From a virus (lineage: Duplodnaviria; Caudoviricetes), in IMG/VR virus record IMGVR_UViG_3300021387_000034, positions 1-64,000 of that record: DNA of 64,000 nucleotides; one strand, written 5' to 3'. The translations under genes and the position numbers were made by a program. Position 1 is the stretch's first letter. Each line of letters begins with the position of its first letter. The notes beneath the pieces were generated by a model, which was not told where the DNA came from, did not search any database, and saw nothing but the letters and a program-made list of their open reading frames with translations. This document shows positions 56,607 through 64,000 of this stretch, piece after piece.

Positions 56607-57218
56607 ATGGAAACACGCGAGGACAAAGAGTTCTATGCCCGCATGTGGGAGAAGAACCAAATGCTTAACAACGGACGCGGTACACCGTTCTATATCGCGT
56701 TAATCATTGGTGTTGTGCTGCTGTTTTCATCTTGCGCCACAAAGAAACATATTGTTGAAAACGACCATCAGAAAACCGAGGTTAAAGTTGATTCTACAGA
56801 TGTTCAAAGCGTAAAGGTGGATTCAACAGATACGGAGCATAAGACCGAGATAAAGGAAACCGAGAAAGTCGAAACAGAAACAAAGGTCGAGAAATCAGAC
56901 TCCACTGTTATGACTGTTGATGCGCAAGGCAATGTTATCAAGCAAGAAACGTGGCACAAAGAAAAGGCAACCGTGTCACGTAACCGTGAATATGAAAAAC
57001 AATTGCTTGATTCAATCGCACATTTTCGACTTGCACGTGACTCGCTGAGACAATACATAGCAAAGTGCGATTCTTTGACCGAAATGATAAACCACCAAGA
57101 GGTTAAGGTCGTTGAAAAAACAAAAATTCCTAAAATTTTTAAGGTTTCTTTGATTTTTTCGATTCTTTGTTGTATCTTTGCAATTATAAAAATAATACGG
57201 TACATTCAAATACACTAA
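56607..57218 (+). CDS. spanin-like lipoprotein (candidate unimolecular spanin)
   Basis: Lipobox LLFSSC near the N-terminus plus a C-terminal TM segment; follows the endolysin. Confidence 0.6.
   Translation: METREDKEFYARMWEKNQMLNNGRGTPFYIALIIGVVLLFSSCATKKHIVENDHQKTEVKVDSTDVQSVKVDSTDTEHKTEIKETEKVETETKVEKSDSTVMTVDAQGNVIKQETWHKEKATVSRNREYEKQLLDSIAHFRLARDSLRQYIAKCDSLTEMINHQEVKVVEKTKIPKIFKVSLIFSILCCIFAIIKIIRYIQIH
57173..57190 (+). promoter_or_regulatory. promoter -7 box inside the spanin 3' end
   Basis: TATCTTTGCAATTATAAA, identical to 60732-60749. Confidence 0.55.
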
Positions 57219-57224
57219 GATGGT

Positions 57225-57839
57225 ATGGCCACAATAAAAATAAAACACGTCTATGGAAACCCTTTGAGTATCGCAATACCTTTGGATAAAATTGTTCATT
57301 CAATTATTGATGGGCATGAAGTAGAAACAAGAAGCGAATTTTACCCAAATCCAAATTATGATGTTTTAGTCATATTAAAAGGAATCGGGCTGATTCGCTA
57401 CGAATACGTTGCTAATGTTAATGGGAATGTTGTTTCAATTAAAGACTCGGGAGAAATACGTGTTGGGAAATATAGTGTTGAAGTGCTCGCTTACGATGAA
57501 AACAAAGAGAGAGTGCGATACAAAGTAAACTCAATAATTGAAATTGTTGACGCGACTATAGATGCTGGTATTGACCCAGATATTGAATTTGACATACAAG
57601 AATACATCCTTGATGGTGCTGTATATTTGTACGCAAAAGGCGACAAGGGAGACAAGGGCGATAAAGGCGATACTGGTGTTGGCATACAATCAGTAGAACA
57701 AATTCAAACGTCAGACGTTAGCGGTGGAACAAATGTCATTCGTGTAACTTTGACAAATGGTAACACAAGTGATTTTGAAGTTAAAAACGGCCAACCGCCG
57801 ACAATGTATGTTGAAAATGAAACTTTATATATTAAATAA
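57225..57839 (+). CDS. baseplate-upper / tail-fibre adaptor-like protein with a short collagen-like repeat
   Basis: Ig-like N-terminal domain, then KGDKGDKGDKGDTG. Confidence 0.6.
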   Translation: MATIKIKHVYGNPLSIAIPLDKIVHSIIDGHEVETRSEFYPNPNYDVLVILKGIGLIRYEYVANVNGNVVSIKDSGEIRVGKYSVEVLAYDENKERVRYKVNSIIEIVDATIDAGIDPDIEFDIQEYILDGAVYLYAKGDKGDKGDKGDTGVGIQSVEQIQTSDVSGGTNVIRVTLTNGNTSDFEVKNGQPPTMYVENETLYIK

Positions 57840-57847
57840 CAAAAGCT

Positions 57848-59809
57848 ATGAATGAAGAAATAAGCAGAATAGATATTAATAACGTAAACTACAAGCTAAA
57901 GGATGAAGATACCAGAGCACTTGGTGAAATGGGTAAACAAGCCTTGATAAAAGTAGGTTATTACGTTTGTAGCACACAGGGAAGTACTGCTGCAAAAACC
58001 ATTAGTGCTGCGGATTACACCTTGTCTGCAGGTGGGTGTATCAAAGTAAAAATGGATAATGCAAACACTGTAAATAATGCCACACTGAATATTAATTCAA
58101 CAGGCGCAAAGCCTCTTTACTATGCAGGCGAAAGAGCTTCTGCTACTAATAGTTGGGAAGCAGGAGAAACGGTTGAAGTTTACTACGATGGAACAAGTTA
58201 CTATGCTAATAATGTTGCTGGTAATTCTTCTGACGGTGTATTTGATGTAAGTAAAAAATATCCTACAAGTGGTGTAGAAGGAGGTAATACTTATACACTT
58301 GAAGGTGCGCTTTCTGTTCTTAATACTAATCTTCCTGCTAGTAAGAAAAGAGGTGGCATGAGCATTAAGTTCATACAGAGTTCTGACAATAACTATATAC
58401 AAGCCCGTCTGATGGCTAATGCTTTCACCACTGATATTACTCAGTGGCAGGTAGTAGATGATACTCCAAAGAAGGGAAGCCACAATCTAATAGAGAGTGG
58501 GGGTGTGTATGAAAAAACAAAAGGCATACAGCACGAGACTGATGAAACAGGAAATGAAGAGATATTGATTGAAAGCGAAGATAACGGACCTCTTGTTAAA
58601 GTAACAGAAGATTATGTTGACTGTAAAAACCTTAGAAGTAATGGTGTAGATGTGCTTGATGAAATAGGTAGTATAGCCTCAAAATCTCCGACACCATCAG
58701 ATACAGATGAAATACTTTTTACAGGAGATGATTATTCCGAAACACTTGGTGGCGAGGTACACGCGAAAGTAGGAAGTTATGGAGTAAAATCTAAAGGGTA
58801 TCTTGATATGGAAGGCAACGATGCCATACAGCCATATATAAACAAAATCAAGAACAAGAACGCAAGATTTATATTCTTAGGCGATTTACATTATCCAGGC
58901 AATGATAGCAATCTCGATAATGAAGTACCTGTAGAGGATTTGCCATCAAGTATGACAGAAGGACACAGTATTAGATATAAGTATCAGCATCTTGTAGATG
59001 CTCTTAATGCAGAACACCACAAGAGACCTATTGACCTTGTATTATGTACTGGTGATGTTATTGAAAATTATTCTTTTGAGTCTTTCATTAAAGAGTTTGC
59101 ATGGCAGCTTGAAATGCCTATTGTATTTGGACCTGGTAATCATGATGTAGTAGCACAAAGTTATTGGATTGAATATTTCGGTAACAAATGGAGTTTTAAT
59201 GTTGAAACTGACGATTTCTTGTTTGTTTTCTTTGATGTGTGGGACCATATAAACATTCCTACAGGAGAACATTTCCCAACGTACCAAGAAATATATGACA
59301 GAATTGAAGATGCTTGTAGTCATGGTAAAATCGTTATTTCTTTCTCACATTCTGAGGGTGGAGAATATCGTGAAAATATGATTTCTATAGCAAGTCATTT
59401 TCCTAACTACATAGCACATGTTGCTGGTCATACACATAGTATGAGACTTCTTCCTTATGGAAAGTTCACTGTTATTAATGACGGAAATTTTGCATATAAC
59501 GGAGATGGTATCTATAGGGAAGATGAAGTTCGAGGTCTTTTTGGGTTTAATAATATTGAAGTCGAAAACGGTTCTTTAAAGACTTGGTTTATTTGGCCTG
59601 AATACAATTACAGGAAAGCTAATTTCACTTTCCCATTCTCAGAAGGAACTTTGCATAAAGTTGATGATACTCATTATACAGTTGAAAGTAATCAGAAGTT
59701 CACAATGATAGAAAACGCCAACTTGGAGAGCACAGCTGACACCTTGCAGTTATATAAACTGAAAGACATCTACCTAAAGAAAAAGATTGCGATTAACGAA
59801 AATAGATAA
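57848..59809 (+). CDS. tail-fibre-like protein with a C-terminal calcineurin-like metallophosphoesterase
   Basis: Fibre-like N-terminal modules; GDLH, GDVIE, GNHD, SH, GHTH motifs. Confidence 0.75.
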   Translation: MNEEISRIDINNVNYKLKDEDTRALGEMGKQALIKVGYYVCSTQGSTAAKTISAADYTLSAGGCIKVKMDNANTVNNATLNINSTGAKPLYYAGERASATNSWEAGETVEVYYDGTSYYANNVAGNSSDGVFDVSKKYPTSGVEGGNTYTLEGALSVLNTNLPASKKRGGMSIKFIQSSDNNYIQARLMANAFTTDITQWQVVDDTPKKGSHNLIESGGVYEKTKGIQHETDETGNEEILIESEDNGPLVKVTEDYVDCKNLRSNGVDVLDEIGSIASKSPTPSDTDEILFTGDDYSETLGGEVHAKVGSYGVKSKGYLDMEGNDAIQPYINKIKNKNARFIFLGDLHYPGNDSNLDNEVPVEDLPSSMTEGHSIRYKYQHLVDALNAEHHKRPIDLVLCTGDVIENYSFESFIKEFAWQLEMPIVFGPGNHDVVAQSYWIEYFGNKWSFNVETDDFLFVFFDVWDHINIPTGEHFPTYQEIYDRIEDACSHGKIVISFSHSEGGEYRENMISIASHFPNYIAHVAGHTHSMRLLPYGKFTVINDGNFAYNGDGIYREDEVRGLFGFNNIEVENGSLKTWFIWPEYNYRKANFTFPFSEGTLHKVDDTHYTVESNQKFTMIENANLESTADTLQLYKLKDIYLKKKIAINENR

Positions 59810-59836
59810 TTAATTATTAATTAAAAAGGTATTATT

Positions 59837-60493
59837 ATGAAATTAGTTTTAAGAAATTCAAATATGGTGATTTCGTCAATTACATATTTTGTTGAAATCA
59901 TAAGTGATAATGAGATTGTACCTACCATCACACTAACTGGTAACGGAGAAATCCATTATACTCTTGATGGAACCACTCCAACAAGTCTAAGTCCTGTTTA
60001 TACAGAGCCTTTCTATTTGTTACAAACCTCTACAATAAAAGCTGCTATAGTCAAAGATGGGAAAGTCGTTTCAGATATAGTTTCAGAGACTATTAATGTT
60101 GCATCTCCTGCAAATACTTATTGGAATGGTCAAACTTTAACAGCAGACTCATCTACACTAACTCCATCTCAATCAAATGGAGTTAATACTACTAATGTAA
60201 ATAGTGGTGATTATATGGTTATGAAGTTTACTATCACTTCAGCAAATGTTACTGGTGCTACATCTTATAATGTAAGACTTAGAACTTCCGACTTTATTGA
60301 TGTAGTATTAAAGAGATTTGGTTATGGAGAGGGTCAGGAAAGACCAGTTCTGAACAAAGAATATGTTGTAATAAAAAAAGCAACTTCTTCCTGTATTCTA
60401 AAATATGCAGGATTGCAACTGACAGGTACTCCAACAAGTGGAAATTTTGTGGTTAATATAACAGGTTACATTTATTCAGGCAGTACTAACTAA
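59837..60493 (+). CDS. Fn3-like (chitobiase/beta-hexosaminidase C-terminal-type) domain protein
   Basis: IHYTLDGTTPTSLSPVYTEPF....TIKAAIV. Confidence 0.7.
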   Translation: MKLVLRNSNMVISSITYFVEIISDNEIVPTITLTGNGEIHYTLDGTTPTSLSPVYTEPFYLLQTSTIKAAIVKDGKVVSDIVSETINVASPANTYWNGQTLTADSSTLTPSQSNGVNTTNVNSGDYMVMKFTITSANVTGATSYNVRLRTSDFIDVVLKRFGYGEGQERPVLNKEYVVIKKATSSCILKYAGLQLTGTPTSGNFVVNITGYIYSGSTN

Positions 60494-60518
60494 TATAGTT
60501 CTTGTAATAAGTAGGTAC

Positions 60519-60547
60519 AAAAGGCAGTCACTTCGGTGGCTGTCTTT
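60519..60547 (+). terminator. intrinsic terminator
   Basis: AAGGCAGTCAC-TTCG-GTGGCTGTCTT-TA. Confidence 0.75.
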
Positions 60548-60731
60548 ACAAAGATTAAATAATAGAGATTATGGAAGTAAAGTTTAATGTAGAAGTACAA
60601 AGAAAAGATAAAGTGGCGTGACCGAATTATGGCGTGATTCCATTGTTACATACAAAAATGGAAACACCCCAAATGTTGTTAAATATCCCAAAAACATATT
60701 TGTGGTTACTTGGAATATCAATTATTAGTAT

Positions 60732-60749
60732 TATCTTTGCAATTATAAA
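60732..60749 (+). promoter_or_regulatory. promoter for the tail-tip gene
   Basis: TATCTTTG with TTGG about 20 nt upstream. Confidence 0.65.
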
Positions 60750-60758
60750 GTTAAAAAA

Positions 60759-63700
60759 ATGGCTCAAAATACTGGACGTAATATAACGTTTCCGATATAT
60801 AATGCAGACGGAACTGCTTTTCACGGTTTGGAACTAAAAAAAGCAACAGTTGATAGCGTTGTTATGTCTCTTGGCGACAAGGTGACTGGTGACGTTTATT
60901 ATATAGACAACTACTTGGCCGTGACAATGCAAGAATACATCGTTGTTAATAGCGTAAAATATACACTTGTATCTCCACCTACAATTGTACGCGAGGGTAT
61001 GGTTGCGGATAACACCCAATTAAAGGGCATGACCAAATACTCGTTTACATTCTATCACCCCATGTACCAATTGGGCAACATTCCATTCACCGATATTGCT
61101 GTCACGCAAGGCCAAGAAAAATATCTTTCGCAAAACAAGACTTTTTCTTGGATTGGTAACTTGTTTGAATTTGTACAAAAATTAAGAGCTAACCTTAAAA
61201 ACACGCAATGGGCTATTGACGTTGAAATTCCGCAATATGAGCAAGATGGTTCAACCATAACACCGCAATGGGGAAAAGCACTTAAACAAAGCGATGTTTT
61301 ATCCTTTGACAAGAACTTTATAAGCGATGCACTAAAGACGGCGTATGACACATGGGAGATACCTTTTGTGATAAGTCACTATGAAAGTGTACCGCCAAGC
61401 GGCTACACACGTTTAAAATGGGTTAGAATTTCAGAAATACATCAAAGTGTCACAAACACAACAGCACCATTTTGGTTATTTATATACAATCTAAATTCAG
61501 TAAGCGCGGCGAATAAAAAAATACCTTATTGCAAGGTTTTTAATGAAGACATTTTGCTACTCGACCTTATTCCATGTAAAGATTCAAACAATAACGTTGG
61601 TTTGTATGATGTTGTTGAGGGCGTGTTCTATGGTAGCAACCAAGAAGTGACTTTTGAAGCTGGCGGAGAAATAGGCAAGAACAAGAAGTTTAACATTACA
61701 TTTGGATTGCCTACAAACAATATTTATGACGAGAATGGCAATGAATATGTCTTTAGGTTCGGAAAAGGTCTTGGTTTAAAGAACAATTCTCGTACACCAC
61801 GAAACAATAAAATTGTTACACGTATTGTTGGATATGGTAGCGATAGAAACATTCCTTATGGCTATCCACAAATCCATTGGACAGGAAACCAATCGTGGGA
61901 TTACACAATCAACAATAATCCAAATGCGGCCAATTCCTACCCTATCTATGATGGTATAGTAGCTGGCCAACGTGTGCGCCTTATCAAGCATCCGTTTACG
62001 CGCACAACACTTATGCCGTCTATCTATTCGGAAACGGTAAACAAGAAAGTCAATCCAAATGCGACTGGCTATGACCCAGACATTGAGATAAAGGACTATT
62101 ACGATGCGATAGACGATGCTACACACGCTTACCCTAACAATATCAATGTACTTGCACCGTCGGTAGAGGTACACCAATTCGAGAAAGAATATCCACAATT
62201 GGGCGAGGCTGCTATCATTAGTGCAACACCATACGACGAGGACGGTGAATATTACACCTACACACAATGGTATAACTATTTGCAAGCTCGTATTGCAACG
62301 ATGCGCGGCCAAGGCATTGACGGTTGGCAACTGCAACTTATCGTTAGTATGCGCGATAATACGTGCCACTATACGCCAGCAACCGCAGAATCTTTGCCGT
62401 CGGCATCTATACCTGCTGGGCATTGGGAATGGCGCACAGGTCAAGCAACGGCGACGTTGGATAGCGTTATAAAGGGTAATTTCGTGTATGTTACACTTGT
62501 GTCATCGTGGTACAACGAAACGCACAAGATATTACAAATACATGCCGACCCAACACCAGAATGGGATGATACGATGAATGACGATGGCGAGTATATTCAA
62601 TCTTATTTCAAGATTAAACTACCGCAATTGACATTCGACCTTTACGCATGTGCTGCCGTTACGCAAGAAATGAACATCAATATGCGCAGCGGTTCGTGTA
62701 TGGGTTGTACTTTCCCCGTTCAAGTGGATTGGGAATTATACAAGGCCAACTTCTATGATTCCGATGGCAAATTTGCGCCAGACGGAGCACAACGTGACCT
62801 TGAAAAATTCCCGAAATCAAACCTTGGGTCAATAGATGTCATCGTTCAAAAGGATAATGACACATTCGGTACTCTTATGCCGAATCAATACCGTTATCCC
62901 GTTAATGGTGACAAATTCGTTATCCTTGGTATTTCTTTGCCTACATCGTACATCACAACGGCAGAACAAAGCCTTGATGAAACGATGAAAGAATACATGT
63001 TGGAAAACAATGTGCATTACTACGACTATCCACTAAAATTCGACGAGCGCTTCTTAGCTACACATCAAAATATATTGGCACAAATAAAGAACAACAATAT
63101 TGTAAAGTTCCAATATGCAGGCACACAAATGGCGTTGTATATCAAGCAAATTACTATCAAGTATGGTGACAAGCCTTTGCCGCAATATGACATCACGCTT
63201 ACCGATGACGTAGAAATTGTGCTTAACCAAATAGGCCAAGTAACCGATGACGTGAGCCGTATGCGTGTTCAAGTGTCGGAATTGCAAAAATACTATTCCG
63301 AAAACCTGATACAAGAAATAAACAGCAAGTTAAGCAAGATTGTTAATGATGTTTGCCAAGGCCGTATAACGTTCCAACAAGGATTAGATTCGTTAGGTAG
63401 CGTTATTTTCCATGATAAGATACAAAGCCCACAATTCGAGGAGGGTCTTTATACTGGTCGTGGGTGGCGAATTGATAACCTTGGTAACGCTGAATTTGAA
63501 TCAGCACGTGTACGTTCTTTCTTGGAAATTGTCGAATTGATAGTAAACCGCTTGCAAGCACAAGAGGGTGATACGTTGTTTACCGATAATGACCAAATAG
63601 AAAAGGTTGATGTTATTGAGGACGAAACCGACCACAGTATTTCGTATATCCTTACTTTGAAAGAAAAGTATCAAGGATATGTGACAGGACAAATGTATGG

Positions 63701-64000
63701 CAACGTCGTAAAAGGTGTCATCAACACGTTAGCGGCCAAACAAGCAGGTGTAAGCGACTACGAAAGCACAAGTGTTGAAGTTGATGGCTCAAACAAATAC
63801 TACACGTCATGGATGCGTGTAATAGACACACACAACACCAACGTAAATCTTGGAGTAAACCAAATCCAAGTTGTGCTTTATGGTGATAACTTTGTGCCTG
63901 CAGGACGCAATTTTGCTCCATGTGAATTGATGACTATTGCCCGTTGGGGATGCGTGGACTATTCAGACCCCGAAGACCCAGATTATGAGGACATTAAAGC
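60759..64000 (+). CDS. large tail-tip / hub (Tal-like, host-specificity) protein, runs off the right edge
   Basis: MAQNTGRNITFPIYNADG...FGKGLGLKNNSR.P...IVTRIVGYGSDRNIPYGYP; first ~400 codons translated by hand, frame spot-checked at 62700, 63360 and 63900. Confidence 0.8.
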   Translation, partial: MAQNTGRNITFPIYNADGTAFHGLELKKATVDSVVMSLGDKVTGDVYYIDNYLAVTMQEYIVVNSVKYTLVSPPTIVREGMVADNTQLKGMTKYSFTFYHPMYQLGNIPFTDIAVTQGQEKYLSQNKTFSWIGNLFEFVQKLRANLKNTQWAIDVEIPQYEQDGSTITPQWGKALKQSDVLSFDKNFISDALKTAYDTWEIPFVISHYESVPPSGYTRLKWVRISEIHQSVTNTTAPFWLFIYNLNSVSAANKKIPYCKVFNEDILLLDLIPCKDSNNNVGLYDVVEGVFYGSNQEVTFEAGGEIGKNKKFNITFGLPTNNIYDENGNEYVFRFGKGLGLKNNSRTPRNNKIVTRIVGYGSDRNIPYGYPQIHWTGNQSWDYTINNNPNAANSYPIYDGIVAGQRVRLIKHPFTRTTLMPSIYSETVNKKVNPNATGYDPDIEIKDYYDAIDDATHAYPNNINVLAPSVEVHQFEKEYPQLGEAAIISATPYDEDGEYYTYTQWYNYLQARIATMRGQGIDGWQLQLIVSMRDNTCHYTPATAESLPSASIPAGHWEWRTGQATATLDSVIKGNFVYVTLVSSWYNETHKILQIHADPTPEWDDTMNDDGEYIQSYFKIKLPQLTFDLYACAAVTQEMNINMRSGSCMGCTFPVQVDWELYKANFYDSDGKFAPDGAQRDLEKFPKSNLGSIDVIVQKDNDTFGTLMPNQYRYPVNGDKFVILGISLPTSYITTAEQSLDETMKEYMLENNVHYYDYPLKFDERFLATHQNILAQIKNNNIVKFQYAGTQMALYIKQITIKYGDKPLPQYDITLTDDVEIVLNQIGQVTDDVSRMRVQVSELQKYYSENLIQEINSKLSKIVNDVCQGRITFQQGLDSLGSVIFHDKIQSPQFEEGLYTGRGWRIDNLGNAEFESARVRSFLEIVELIVNRLQAQEGDTLFTDNDQIEKVDVIEDETDHSISYILTLKEKYQGYVTGQMYGNVVKGVINTLAAKQAGVSDYESTSVEVDGSNKYYTSWMRVIDTHNTNVNLGVNQIQVVLYGDNFVPAGRNFAPCELMTIARWGCVDYSDPEDPDYEDIK

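Noticed and set aside
57638-57680. Tandem DNA repeat
   Set aside because: It encodes a collagen-like GDK repeat with synonymous variation.
1-64000. CRISPR array or mini-array
   Set aside because: No regularly spaced direct repeats with unique spacers were seen, including in the non-coding zone.
1-64000. Stop-codon reassignment, prompted by the in-frame TAA at 16649 and the odd tRNA
   Set aside because: Core genes are full length in code 11 and end at TAA, TAG or TGA next to the following gene; the TAA gene also has a separate frameshift.
1-64000. General sequencing error as the cause of the broken genes
   Set aside because: Tape measure, primase-helicase, terminase, portal and capsid genes are unbroken. 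Individual lesions could still be errors and need read checks.
57848-64000. Diversity-generating retroelement acting on tail genes
   Set aside because: No reverse transcriptase and no template/variable repeat pair in this window; it could lie outside.
1-64000. crAss-like phage
   Set aside because: A long tape measure and tail tube indicate a long tail; no giant virion RNA polymerase or DNA polymerase genes in the window.

Overview
The window is about 64 kb of a tailed, siphovirus-like bacteriophage (or prophage) genome, and genes run off both ends. The host is most likely a Bacteroidales species: more than a dozen promoters match the Bacteroidetes sigma-A consensus TTTG-N~20-TAnnTTTG. No host genes, integrase, DNA polymerase or CRISPR array are visible. 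Layout: (1) 1-25,010 is a leftward arm of accessory, recombination and nucleotide genes (ThyX-like, YqaJ exonuclease plus candidate annealing protein, SSB, RNase H, several endonucleases, serine resolvase, MoxR AAA+/vWA pair, a degenerate tRNA, many small ORFs). (2) 25,011-27,346 is a 2.3 kb non-coding divergence zone with a structured RNA, palindromes and A-tracts. (3) 27,347-38,795 is a rightward replication arm (three DNA methyltransferases, initiator-like protein, primase-helicase). (4) 38,928-51,967 is a leftward head/tail operon (scaffold, capsid, neck, tail tube, frameshifted chaperone, 1938-aa tape measure). (5) 52,195 to the end runs rightward (terminase, portal, lysis genes, a low-GC tail-fibre/metallophosphoesterase cassette, large tail-tip protein). 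The strongest leads are: all three methyltransferases end in a beta-clamp-binding motif (QLSLF/QLTLF) and the primase-helicase ends in an SSB-tail mimic, suggesting hijack of the host replisome through short motifs; a tRNA with a 6-nt anticodon loop; a boxA-containing structured leader RNA; structured leaders before nuclease/initiator genes; and a dispersed ~85-bp palindromic element family. All functional calls come from motifs recognised by eye; no database searches were run.
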